A DNA stretch of 44,453 bases from Nitrospiraceae bacterium (GTDB taxonomy: Bacteria > Nitrospirota > Nitrospiria > Nitrospirales > Nitrospiraceae), in NCBI GenBank assembly GCA_037442105.1, contig JBBIQV010000026.1:1-44453 (forward strand), written 5' to 3'. The notes beneath the pieces are model-generated. The model did not search any database, was not told the DNA's origin, and saw only the letters and a program-made list of their open reading frames with translations. The first letter of the stretch is position 1; the number at the start of each line of letters is the position of its first letter. This document shows, piece by piece, positions 10,834 through 20,132 of the stretch. The translations under genes were made by a program, and so were the position numbers.

Positions 10834-13080
10834 TTAGTTCAGCGCATTCAACGCCGAACCAGCCTTGAACCACGCAATCTGCTGCTCCGTCATGCTGTGG
10901 TTCGCCTGGATGGTGAGCGCGCGCCCATCCGTCTTGTGTACGGTCACCATCACCGGCTTGCCAGGCGCCAGATTTTGTAGCCCCGTCACGCTGATGCGGT
11001 CCTGCTGCTCGATCTTCTCGTAGTCCTTCGGATCGGCGAAGGTCAACGCCAGGATTCCCTGCTTCTTGAGGTTCGTCTCATGAATGCGTGCGAAGCTGCG
11101 CACGAGAACGACCTTGACGTTGAGGAAGCGGGGCGACATAGCCGCATGTTCGCGGCTGCTGCCCTCGCCGTAATTCTCATCCCCGACGACGACGGAACCG
11201 ATCCCCCTCGCCTTATAGGCGCGGGCGATTTGGGCAATCGTCAAATTCGACTCGCCGGTGAGCACATTGGTGCCCTTGCCCGGCTCGGAGGAAAACGCAT
11301 TGTTCGCACCCAAGAACATGTTGTCGCTGATCTTATCCAAATGGCCGCGGAACTTGAGCCATGGACCGGCGGGAGAGATGTGGTCAGTCGTCGTCTTCCC
11401 CTTGGTCTTGATCAAGAGCGGGAGTTTCTCGAAATCCTTGCCGTCCCAACGAGGGAATGGCTGCAAGAGTTGTAACCGTTCGCTGGTCGGCGGAATGTCC
11501 ACGCTCAGAGCATCGCCATTTTCGGCGGGGGGCATGAAGCCTTCCTCTCCCTTGGCGAATCCCTTGGCCGGCAACTCCTCGCCGACCGGCGGCTCCAGCT
11601 TGAGTTCCCTCCCGTCTGCCCCTTTGAGCGCCTGATGCACGGGATCGAACCTAAGATCGCCGGACAGCGCGTAGGCTGTCACGATCTCAGGACTTGCCAG
11701 GAACGACAGGGTTTCGTTGATCCCGTCGTTGCGACCGGGGAAGTTCCGGTTGAAGGAACTGACGATCGAATCCGCCCTGCCCTTGACGCCGTCGGCCCGT
11801 TTCCATTGCCCGATGCAGGGGCCGCAGGAATTCGAGAGGACCGTTCCGCCGAGTTTCTCAAATGTGTCCAGGAACCCGTCCCGCTTCATGGTGTGGTAAA
11901 TCCGCTCAGACCCCGGCGAAATCAGGAATGATGCCTTGGCCTTGAGCCCGGCCTTCAACCCTTGTCGCGCGATGTGCGCCGATCGGCTGATGTCTTCATA
12001 CGACGAGTTCGTACAGCTACCGATCAGCGCCGCCTTGATCTCGATGGGATAGCCCTTCTCTTTCGCCTCCACCGCCATCTTGGAGATGGGCCTCGCCAAA
12101 TCCGGCGTGTGTGGGCCCACGACATATGGTTCAAGCTTGGAGAGATCAATTTCCACGAGCTGGTCGTAATATTTCTCCGGGGCCTGCAGCACTTCAGGAT
12201 CGGCGGCCAACAATTCCTTGTTGGCCTGTGCCAGATTGGCAAGATCCGCACGATCCGTGACGTTCAAATAGGCGACCATCTTCTGGTCGAAGGGGAACAC
12301 AGAGGTCGTCGCGCCGAGTTCCGCGCCCATATTGCAAATCGTGCCCTTGCCCGTCGCGCTGATGGTCTCCGCGCCTGGGCCGAAGTATTCGACGATCTTG
12401 TTCGTGCCCCCCTTCACGGTGAGCAGACCACAGAGGTACAGAATCACATCCTTGGGTGAGGTCCAGCCATTCAGCTTGCCCGTGAGCCGCACGCCGATCA
12501 GTTTGGGATGCAGAACTTCCCAAGGCAATCCCGCCATGACTTCCCCGGCATCCGCGCCGCCCACGCCGATCGCCAGCATGCCGAGCCCGCCCCCGTTGGG
12601 CGTGTGCGAGTCGGTCCCAATGATCAAGCCGCCGGGGAAGGCATAGTTTTCCAGGACGACCTGATGGATAATGCCCGCTCCCGGTTTCCAAAAGCCGATC
12701 CCGTACTTCTTCGCCGCAGACGCCAGGAAGTTGTAGACTTCTTTGTTCTCCTCCATGGCGCGGAGCAGATCCTTTTGCGAGCCGACCTCGGCACGGATCA
12801 GGTGATCGCAATGGATCGTGCTCGGCACCGCCGCTTTTTTCTTGCCCGCCTGCATGAACTGCAACATCGCCATCTGCGCCGTCGCATCTTGCATGGCAAC
12901 ACGATCCGGACGGAGCGCAAGCATGGCCTTGCCACGTTCCCAGACTTGCGTGTCGAAATTGTCAGCGTGCGAGACGAGGATCTTTTCCGCAAGCGTGAGC
13001 CCGCGGCCGAATCTCTTTCTAGCCTTGGCCAATACGTCCGGCATCTTCGTATAGAGTGTCTTCACCATTTCGATGGACAT
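10834..13080 (-). CDS. acnA: Aconitate hydratase (mitochondrial-type AcnA family)
   Basis: RVAMQDATAQM, HCDH, GTDSHT, IGSCTNSS, CGPCIG, TTDHISPAG and GEGSSREHAA motifs. AAGGAG RBS before ATG 13080. Confidence 0.95.
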   Translation of the reverse strand: MSIEMVKTLYTKMPDVLAKARKRFGRGLTLAEKILVSHADNFDTQVWERGKAMLALRPDRVAMQDATAQMAMLQFMQAGKKKAAVPSTIHCDHLIRAEVGSQKDLLRAMEENKEVYNFLASAAKKYGIGFWKPGAGIIHQVVLENYAFPGGLIIGTDSHTPNGGGLGMLAIGVGGADAGEVMAGLPWEVLHPKLIGVRLTGKLNGWTSPKDVILYLCGLLTVKGGTNKIVEYFGPGAETISATGKGTICNMGAELGATTSVFPFDQKMVAYLNVTDRADLANLAQANKELLAADPEVLQAPEKYYDQLVEIDLSKLEPYVVGPHTPDLARPISKMAVEAKEKGYPIEIKAALIGSCTNSSYEDISRSAHIARQGLKAGLKAKASFLISPGSERIYHTMKRDGFLDTFEKLGGTVLSNSCGPCIGQWKRADGVKGRADSIVSSFNRNFPGRNDGINETLSFLASPEIVTAYALSGDLRFDPVHQALKGADGRELKLEPPVGEELPAKGFAKGEEGFMPPAENGDALSVDIPPTSERLQLLQPFPRWDGKDFEKLPLLIKTKGKTTTDHISPAGPWLKFRGHLDKISDNMFLGANNAFSSEPGKGTNVLTGESNLTIAQIARAYKARGIGSVVVGDENYGEGSSREHAAMSPRFLNVKVVLVRSFARIHETNLKKQGILALTFADPKDYEKIEQQDRISVTGLQNLAPGKPVMVTVHKTDGRALTIQANHSMTEQQIAWFKAGSALNALN

Positions 13081-13103
13081 TGCAAACTCCTTACATAAGC
13101 TCA

Positions 13104-13164
13104 CAGCTGTCAGCTTTCAGCAGTCAGCTTGAGCTGAACGCTGATGGCTGATTGCTGATCGCTA
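13104..13164. repeat. Inverted pair of heptamer arrays (TCAGCnn / GCTGAnn)
   Basis: CAGCTGTCAGCTTTCAGCAGTCAGC ... GCTGAACGCTGATGGCTGATTGCTGATCGCTA. Confidence 0.8.
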
Positions 13165-14988
13165 CTTCAGCGGCGGCACTTCCCGCCGTTTGGGCGCCGC
13201 GTAATTCACCAGATAATCGAACAGCCGGATGAGCCGGCTCTCCTGCCGCTTCTGATCCACCCAATGGCCGATCAACCCGATCGTACGAGAAAGGATAAAG
13301 AACCCGTTGAGACTCTCAACCGGGAAGCCGATATCCACGAGCACCGCAGCCATCGTACCATCCACATTGAGGATCAAGTTGTCCTTCTTCGCCGATGTGA
13401 CTTTCTCGACTTCCAGCGCAAAGTCGAGGTGCGGCGTCTTGATACCTAGGCTCTTCACGTAGCCCACCAGTTCTTTTACGCGTTTGTCGGGGTTGCGGAC
13501 GCTCTTCACACGGTGACCGATGCCGGGCACCGGCCCGACATTCTTCTTCATGTAGGCGAGGAAGTCCTCCACGTTCATTTTATTGTCCACCGCGTACTTG
13601 AACCAGCGGCCCGCATCGGTCACCGCGCCTCCGAAGCGCGGGCCGATCATGATCAACCCCGCCGCCACCGCCTGGGACATCCCGATGCCGGCACAGGCAG
13701 CGATGATTGTTGCGAACGCGCCGCTCACGCATGGGCCGTGGTCGGCGGAGAGCATCATGATCCGCTTGATGATTTCGGCTTCCTGCTTCGAGATCAGGCG
13801 CTTGTCCCAGAGGAGCCCGATCACGTGGGGGATTTCATAGCCTTTATTAATCAGCTCGGACGCCGGATACCCGTCATAGCAGGGCTCGTCGCCCCGGTCG
13901 TCGCTGATGGTTGTTCTGATCAGCGGCGCTACCGCCACTTCCCCGGCCTTCATGGCTTCGTCCACCGTCTTAGGAAGTTTGGGCATTTCGGCTGGGCTGA
14001 GCTCGGGAATTGGTTTCACTTGTCCCGACTTCAGCAGCTCTTCATAGACTTCCTTGATCGCAGGCCCCAACGCGCCAAACGTCGGCGGGACGATCGCGCC
14101 GGCCTTCTTAAGCGCGTCGGACTTGGCACGAGCCGACCCCTCGCCCTTCATGCCCTCCTTTGCGCCGGCGTGCCCGAACTTCATGCCCTTCGGCAGACTC
14201 TCCTGGCAGAAGCCGGAGACGACGGCCAGCAATTTGATGCGCCGCCTCTCGGCGCCGTACCACTCGGCCGCGCGCTCCTCGAGATCGCCGCCCATCTCAC
14301 CGACAATGACGACTGCTTTGGTCTGAGGGTCCTGCTCGAATTTTTCAAGGTAGGAGACATAGTCCGTGCCGGGATAGGCATCCCCGCCGATACCGATCGC
14401 GGTCGTGATGCCGTCGGCAAACTGCGAACAGATCCAGATGATCTCGTTCGACAGGCCGCCGGACTTCGTGATGACCCCGAACGATCCTTCGCGATACAAC
14501 TTACACAGCACCAGGTTGTCGAACGCGCCACCGATGACACCCAGGCGGCACGAGCCGGCTGAGATGATGCCGATCGACGACGGTCCATTAAAAGTCTTGC
14601 CGAGCTTGATCGCATGCCGGGCCAGCAGCTTCGCATCCTTCTCCGGTACTCCTTCGGTAATCATGGACACGACCTGGATTTTCGCATCATTGAGCGATTC
14701 CATGCCGCCCGCGCAGGCCCGATCTGCGCCGATGTAAACCAGACTGGTATTGATTTGAGGATGGGCTTTGGTAGCCTCCGCTACGCTCTTGTATACCGGA
14801 ATGGCCAGGAGACCGCTGCCGTAAGGAATCTCATTGGTTTTGCCCGCGTCGGGCGGATATACGAAGGCTTCGACGTTCAGCGGGCGCTTAATCATGTAAC
14901 AGAACTCCGCCATGCGACGCGCCGCATTCACTCCCGCTGCGCCACCCTGAATGACCACCCGGGTGTCTTTGTTGGCTACGATGCTCAT
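13162..14988 (-). CDS. aclA: ATP citrate lyase, large (alpha) subunit
   Basis: SucD-like N-half with FGHAGA and citrate-synthase-like C-half (ADHGPCVSG, GPRFGGA, PGIGHRVKS, LNVDG). GGAGG RBS before ATG 14988. Confidence 0.97.
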   Translation of the reverse strand: MSIVANKDTRVVIQGGAAGVNAARRMAEFCYMIKRPLNVEAFVYPPDAGKTNEIPYGSGLLAIPVYKSVAEATKAHPQINTSLVYIGADRACAGGMESLNDAKIQVVSMITEGVPEKDAKLLARHAIKLGKTFNGPSSIGIISAGSCRLGVIGGAFDNLVLCKLYREGSFGVITKSGGLSNEIIWICSQFADGITTAIGIGGDAYPGTDYVSYLEKFEQDPQTKAVVIVGEMGGDLEERAAEWYGAERRRIKLLAVVSGFCQESLPKGMKFGHAGAKEGMKGEGSARAKSDALKKAGAIVPPTFGALGPAIKEVYEELLKSGQVKPIPELSPAEMPKLPKTVDEAMKAGEVAVAPLIRTTISDDRGDEPCYDGYPASELINKGYEIPHVIGLLWDKRLISKQEAEIIKRIMMLSADHGPCVSGAFATIIAACAGIGMSQAVAAGLIMIGPRFGGAVTDAGRWFKYAVDNKMNVEDFLAYMKKNVGPVPGIGHRVKSVRNPDKRVKELVGYVKSLGIKTPHLDFALEVEKVTSAKKDNLILNVDGTMAAVLVDIGFPVESLNGFFILSRTIGLIGHWVDQKRQESRLIRLFDYLVNYAAPKRREVPPLK

Positions 14989-14998
14989 AGAATCCTCC

Positions 14999-15079
14999 AG
15001 CAAGTAGCTAGCAGCAAGCAGCGAATAGCAAAGATTCTGGACCGCGGAGTTACTAGCTACTCGCTATTCGCTATTAGCT
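14999..15079. repeat. Inverted pair of heptamer arrays (GAATAGC / GCTATTC-like)
   Basis: AGCAAGTAGCTAGCAGCAAGCAGCGAATAGC ... GCTACTCGCTATTCGCTATTAGCT. Confidence 0.7.
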
Positions 15080-16273
15080 CTCTTGAAGTGCCTTATCGAC
15101 GATGTCCGTCAGCGGTGTGTAGCGGTCGAACACGTGGATGTCGAACCCTTCCTCTTGCAGAGCACGCATGGCGTCGAGACCTTCCTTCTCGCGCGGGCCG
15201 CCGCGACGCACCCAAATCCTCACGCCGTTCAACTTCCCGTCGGTCTTGGCCTTCCGGAAACCATTGATGATACCCCCGAACGTTTTCTTCACGTCGGTAA
15301 AGTTCGCAATCGCCCCGCCGACGATGATGTTTTTGATCCCGGGCAGAGAACAGACTTTCTCCGTGAGGATTTCCACCGCCCAATCGGGCGGATCGCCGGA
15401 ATACTCGGCATAGTTCGCCAGCTTGCCGCCACGCGCAACGACGGCATCCGAATAGTACACGCTGGCGCCGCCACCGGCCGGCAACATCGCCGTGTCCCCA
15501 CCGGGGATCTCGATGAACTTGACCGACCCCTTGATCTTGGCATCCACCGCCATCACTTCCAATTCATGCTTGGTGTAGGAACGGCCGAACTCGGCAGCGA
15601 AGGCAAAGTTCCAATCGGGGTGACGGAATTTGGCATCCGCATCGAGCAAGGTCACCGCATCGAGCGCGACCAGTTCGCCGTCGCTCTCCCGGGTCACCAC
15701 AGGATTCACTTCCAAGTACTGCGCATCCTCGTTGTCGAAGCAGGCGAACATCTTACCGGCGAAGTCCGCCATCTTCTTGGCCAGAGGGCCGGCGAACCCG
15801 GCCTCTTTGGCCAGCTTTTCCAACGCATCCGGTGTGGGCGCCTGCCCCACTTCGAGCGACAACCGCTTGACCCGATCCCAATTCGATTCGACCTCGACCC
15901 CCCCACAGTTGGCGACAAGGATATCGGAGCCCTCCCGAGTCGACTTCACCGCACAGTAGTATTCTTCCTTGTGCGGAATCATCTCGGAGACAATGACCTG
16001 CGACACAGTGATGCTCCCGACCTGACGGCCGATCATCTCCTTGGTGGCAGCTTCAGCGCCTTTGAGGTCCAGACCGACTTTGACCAATCCCAATTTGAAT
16101 CGTGACCCGAGCGCTTCGTGCGCTTTCGCAACGAGCTTCGACTTCTGCAGCCAGTCATTCGCCTGACCAAGCTTGGTCAGCTCAGCAACGGATGTGACGA
16201 CCACATAATTCGGGACGGTCATCCCCCACTTCCTCATCAGCCCCATTCCAGGGCCCTCCAGCACCTTGGCCAT
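15074..16273 (-). CDS. aclB: ATP citrate lyase, small (beta) subunit
   Basis: ATP-grasp-like N-part; AGGGASVYYSD, ANYAEYSG, GGAIANFTDV and VRRGGP motifs. AAGGAG RBS before ATG 16273. Confidence 0.97.
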   Translation of the reverse strand: MAKVLEGPGMGLMRKWGMTVPNYVVVTSVAELTKLGQANDWLQKSKLVAKAHEALGSRFKLGLVKVGLDLKGAEAATKEMIGRQVGSITVSQVIVSEMIPHKEEYYCAVKSTREGSDILVANCGGVEVESNWDRVKRLSLEVGQAPTPDALEKLAKEAGFAGPLAKKMADFAGKMFACFDNEDAQYLEVNPVVTRESDGELVALDAVTLLDADAKFRHPDWNFAFAAEFGRSYTKHELEVMAVDAKIKGSVKFIEIPGGDTAMLPAGGGASVYYSDAVVARGGKLANYAEYSGDPPDWAVEILTEKVCSLPGIKNIIVGGAIANFTDVKKTFGGIINGFRKAKTDGKLNGVRIWVRRGGPREKEGLDAMRALQEEGFDIHVFDRYTPLTDIVDKALQES

Positions 16274-16598
16274 GCACCTGCTCCTTTGAGATTTTGTACG
16301 CAATCCTACCGAGGAGAATGACAAGTCTAGCGGAAATGCCACGATGACTCAAGTTACCAGATGGACTACACCGAGGGGCGCAAAAGACCTATTCGCGCCT
16401 CAATCTTCGATCGCAAAGTAACCGGAAACTAAAGAAAAGATCGGCTCAAACTCCGGGCATCGCGCGAGAGGTCTTTTGAGGTGATGAGATCCTTCTGATC
16501 TCAGTCCCTGAACCGAAGGAAAGGGTAATCTGACAATTCCTCTTGGAGGGTATTGCGGGCTTGCCTATCCTGAGGCAGGTGAGCTCCGTTCGCATATC

Positions 16599-16952
16599 TT
16601 ACTCTTTCCGCCTAAGTTCGATCACTTTGTTCGTGTCAACCCTTGTGTCCAGCACATTCCGGTAAAGGAGAGTGACCCCCTGGGACACCTCCAGGAGATA
16701 CCGCCCCTTCTCGACATTCGCAAAGCTGAACTTCCCGTCCTGGTCGGTAGTCGTGACCTTCTCAGGAAAAGGAACAGTCTTGGGTGGAATGAGTTTAACT
16801 GTGAGATTGGGCACACCGGTCTGCTCGACTCCCGAAAAGATTCGTCCCTCAACCCTTCCTTCACGCACCTCGATCTTCATGCCATTTGCTTGCACGGCAA
16901 GAGCCAGAACCAGACAGGCGACCAGTGAAGCTTTCAAGCCGGAATGTGTCAT
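16599..16952 (-). CDS. Small secreted beta-sandwich protein (carboxypeptidase-regulatory-like / Cna-B-like domain)
   Basis: Signal peptide (..ALAVQANG), G.VEGRI...GVPNLTVKL and TTTDQDGKFSFANVEKGRYLLEVS. GGGAG RBS before ATG 16952. Confidence 0.75.
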   Translation of the reverse strand: MTHSGLKASLVACLVLALAVQANGMKIEVREGRVEGRIFSGVEQTGVPNLTVKLIPPKTVPFPEKVTTTDQDGKFSFANVEKGRYLLEVSQGVTLLYRNVLDTRVDTNKVIELRRKE

Positions 16953-16966
16953 GGGAACTCCCTTTT

Positions 16967-17503
16967 TCATCGAAAATCAGGAGGAACAGGTGTGAGATCG
17001 GGTACGAATTCTGCTGTGCGACCGAGCGAAATATCTTTGGCCGGCAGAAGCACTTCGCCATTGGTTCTTTTGCTAAGGTCTGCGCGATCTTCGAAGATGG
17101 CGTTGCCCACCACATAAATGATCTTGTATTCCTCACCGACACCGGCCAGTCGAGGCAACTGCAGGCTGAAGTCACTCCCCTGGAGCAAAGAATCCGAACG
17201 GATCACCGCATAGATAGTGACCGGGAACCTGGATGAGGTCACACTCCCTTTGAGGCGAACCTCCTCTACAAACGTAGCCGATTTCACCAGAGGGTAAATC
17301 AGCGGGAAGAATCCCAAGGCAAAGAGGGCCAGGGCAGGAACGTTCGTTTTGAACTTCCCCACCGGCGTTTCGATCTCCGTCACCTGCTTGGATTCTCGAT
17401 CGATATAGATCTTCTCCTTATAGAGAAGCCAGATTCCTCCCAGGACCATGACCAGTCCGGCCAGTGAACTCAAATAGTAGAGAGGTACGATTCTCGGATC
17501 CAT
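16967..17503 (-). CDS. Hypothetical membrane protein (two N-terminal TM helices plus soluble beta-rich C-domain)
   Basis: Hydrophobic segments LYYLSSLAGLVMVLGGIWLLY and VPALALFALGFFPLIYPLV. GAGGAG RBS; co-oriented with neighbours. Confidence 0.75.
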   Translation of the reverse strand: MDPRIVPLYYLSSLAGLVMVLGGIWLLYKEKIYIDRESKQVTEIETPVGKFKTNVPALALFALGFFPLIYPLVKSATFVEEVRLKGSVTSSRFPVTIYAVIRSDSLLQGSDFSLQLPRLAGVGEEYKIIYVVGNAIFEDRADLSKRTNGEVLLPAKDISLGRTAEFVPDLTPVPPDFR

Positions 17504-17563
17504 CCCAGTCTCCTCAAGGTTTGCAATAGCCAGTCACCACCTCGATCTTCCTCGGGCTCTCCT

Positions 17564-18454
17564 TTAGATGAGCGCTAGCCCGCATTGATTGATCACGCGC
17601 TGCCACTGGAAGCCGGGATGGACGTCCGACTTATCCGGCCGGAGATGATGATGACCGAGTATCCCTTCGAACTCCCGATATGCGTCATCGGCATCCAGAT
17701 GGTTAGCCGGCGTCTGGCGAGGAATATCCAACCGTCCGCAGAGCCAATCGATCAACGCCGCGACGGCCGTTATCTGGGCGTCCGAGTAGGCGTCGAAGAA
17801 CCGGTAGCCGCGCCACGGCATCCCGCACTCGTAATGCTCCTGCGTGAAAAGCGTGCGGTCTGACACCCTGTCAAAGCAATAGAGTTTGTCATCGCGCAGA
17901 GTCAAGCCGCCCTCGCTGGCGAGCTCAATTCCGACACTCCGCTTGTCCACCGCACCGCCCGTTCCCTTCAGCCCCAAGTGGAAGGCCCAATACGTGGGCT
18001 CGAACACCTCGTAGATCTCGCCGTTGCGCTCGATGACATAGGCGGTCCCGACGCGCTGGGGATCGGTCTTCCAATAGTCGATCGTACTCTTCGCCGAACC
18101 CCCGACTGTGTGATGAAGAACGATGAGGTCCTTCCTCGTCTCCGTCTGAATGTAGTCCTTGTCCTCCAGACGTTGGCTCCGGTTGATCTGAGGCTCCGCC
18201 CGTTCCGAGGCGGGCTGTGGCTCCGGCGTCACAGACCCCGGCTCTTCACGACTCTCGAACAAGGCCGCCCAGGTCCCCTTTCCGACTTTTCCGTCCGCAG
18301 CCAGACCAGCGCTTTGCTGAAAGGCCTTGACCGCTTTCTCGGTGCCGGGACCAAAATCGCCATCAACCGGCCCCCCATAGTGACCAAGTGCCAGTAGTCG
18401 CTGCTGGATGTCTTTGACCGGTTGGCCTTTCGATCCTCGTTTGTATACCGCCAT
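17564..18454 (-). CDS. Peptidoglycan-binding domain + N-acetylmuramoyl-L-alanine amidase (Amidase_2), no signal peptide
   Basis: PG_binding_1 pattern (VDGDFGPGTEKAVKAFQ...ADGKVGKGTW), P/E-rich linker, then IVLHHT, WAFHLG, SVGIEL and GHHHLRPDKSD Zn ligands. GGAGGAGG RBS before ATG 18454. Confidence 0.88.
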   Translation of the reverse strand: MAVYKRGSKGQPVKDIQQRLLALGHYGGPVDGDFGPGTEKAVKAFQQSAGLAADGKVGKGTWAALFESREEPGSVTPEPQPASERAEPQINRSQRLEDKDYIQTETRKDLIVLHHTVGGSAKSTIDYWKTDPQRVGTAYVIERNGEIYEVFEPTYWAFHLGLKGTGGAVDKRSVGIELASEGGLTLRDDKLYCFDRVSDRTLFTQEHYECGMPWRGYRFFDAYSDAQITAVAALIDWLCGRLDIPRQTPANHLDADDAYREFEGILGHHHLRPDKSDVHPGFQWQRVINQCGLALI

Positions 18455-18600
18455 ACGCCGCCTCCTCCCAAAGCCCTGGTCGCCCAACCGTCTAACGCCT
18501 CCGTCCGCTCCGCAACGGATGTCCGGGACAAGCTATTCGCACTTGCATCTCAGCGGCCGAGATCTGCCGTGTCGGCGTTGGCTTCCCGTTTTCCGCAATC

Positions 18601-20061
18601 TCAATCCCGGCTCAGGTATTCCAGCCTGCCATCCGGACCAGGCTTCAGTTGGTGAATGTCCCATTTCTTGGCTGCCGAACGAGCTTGCTCCAGCTTTTGC
18701 GCGATTACGACTTTCCTCCCGTCCGTGCGTAGACTGATCATCCCGTAGACGGCCACGCTCCGTTCAAGCTTGCGGTAGGTCCGATCCAACTGCTTCTGGA
18801 GGTCCTTCCTCTTGCTCTCGCTCGCCGCATTTGCGAGTTCCCGGTTCAACTTGTTGATCTCATCCCGCAACTGCTGGGGAACCGTGTTGTACTCCTTGGT
18901 GGAACGGGCCAGTTCGGTGCTGAAGATCAACGGCCGCCGGCCGCGCCCGTACTTGCCGAAGGCGCCCAGCGCATCAGGCCTGGGATGGCTGTAGGACTCC
19001 TCGTCGCCGCTGGAGACCACCGTGGCCACCGCATTCACCGCCCTCAGGTACGTCTCTCTGAAATCTCCGCTTCCGTGATGACAGGCCTTCGCGATATCCG
19101 ACTCGAAGATCTGACGGGCTGCTGTGACCAGGTGGTCCTCATCGGCGGTGGTCTCGGCTTCCGGATTCAAGCCGGTGTATCGCTCCAGGAGATAGTCTTC
19201 GGACGGAACGTTCAGATCGCCTCCGAGCAGCATGTTGACCTTCCGATATTGGAGCTTCAGGATCACCGAATGCCCGTTCTTCGTCTTTCCTTCGTCACCG
19301 AACCACCGCAGCCGGCGTTCCCCGTTCGGTCCCGGCTCGGGCACCGGTCCCAGCACCTTGAGGCTCAGTTCGGCACCTTCATCGTATCCGGGAAGAAATC
19401 CATCCTCGGAGCAGAGCATCCGGATGTCCCCGACCCGTCCGCTGGAGGCCGCTAGGCGCAAGAGATTCGGATACAACATCCTCCCGCGTCGCGCCGGATT
19501 GTCGATGATGCCCCTGAGCGCCGCCTGATCGCGAATGACATCGGTCAGGTAGGACACCGCTCCCTCCTTGACGCGCGGGCCGAGCGACTGCGAACCGGTC
19601 CGTTCCACGATCCCGTTATGGCACAGCAGGTTCACACGAACATTCTGCTCCGCCAGGATGGGCTTGAAACCGGCATAGTGGTCCATGTCGGGGTGGGTGA
19701 TGACGGCACACTCAAACGTGATCGGCTGCTTAAATCCGCCAAACCGCCAACGCAGAAAGCGGTACATGTTATCGCCCTCGCCGGCATCGATGAGGAGAAA
19801 TTTGTCGTCCGGCGTCACGATCAAACAGCCGTCGCCCTGGCCGATATCGACGAAATTCACCTCAAGAAGCCTTTCCTCCTGAATATCGTCTTCGTGCATC
19901 CATCCCGTCTGATTCCGGGCTCTGACCTGCACCCACTTCCCTTCCTTTATCCCCAGTGGCTTCAGCCAATCCCCCCACAACAGGTGCTGCACAGCGGCAC
20001 CAGGCTCTCTCTTGCCCGGCTTCTTGTACACGCCCGCTGATGGGTAACCTGCAAAGGGCAT
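18601..20061 (-). CDS. ComEC/Rec2-type metallo-beta-lactamase-fold hydrolase with N-terminal SH3-like domain
   Basis: FVDIGQGD, LIDAG, THPDMDHYAG, GDLN, KACHHGS and YSHP motifs. N-terminus LLWGD...WVQVRARNQTGWM is SH3-like; C-terminal coiled coil. AGGAGG RBS. Confidence 0.85.
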   Translation of the reverse strand: MPFAGYPSAGVYKKPGKREPGAAVQHLLWGDWLKPLGIKEGKWVQVRARNQTGWMHEDDIQEERLLEVNFVDIGQGDGCLIVTPDDKFLLIDAGEGDNMYRFLRWRFGGFKQPITFECAVITHPDMDHYAGFKPILAEQNVRVNLLCHNGIVERTGSQSLGPRVKEGAVSYLTDVIRDQAALRGIIDNPARRGRMLYPNLLRLAASSGRVGDIRMLCSEDGFLPGYDEGAELSLKVLGPVPEPGPNGERRLRWFGDEGKTKNGHSVILKLQYRKVNMLLGGDLNVPSEDYLLERYTGLNPEAETTADEDHLVTAARQIFESDIAKACHHGSGDFRETYLRAVNAVATVVSSGDEESYSHPRPDALGAFGKYGRGRRPLIFSTELARSTKEYNTVPQQLRDEINKLNRELANAASESKRKDLQKQLDRTYRKLERSVAVYGMISLRTDGRKVVIAQKLEQARSAAKKWDIHQLKPGPDGRLEYLSRD

Positions 20062-20132
20062 AGTGCCTCCTGAAAATCCAGGCCAATCCGGCGGCCTATT
20101 CTCCGTCCACGTGGAGCAACCGGAATGCGGGA

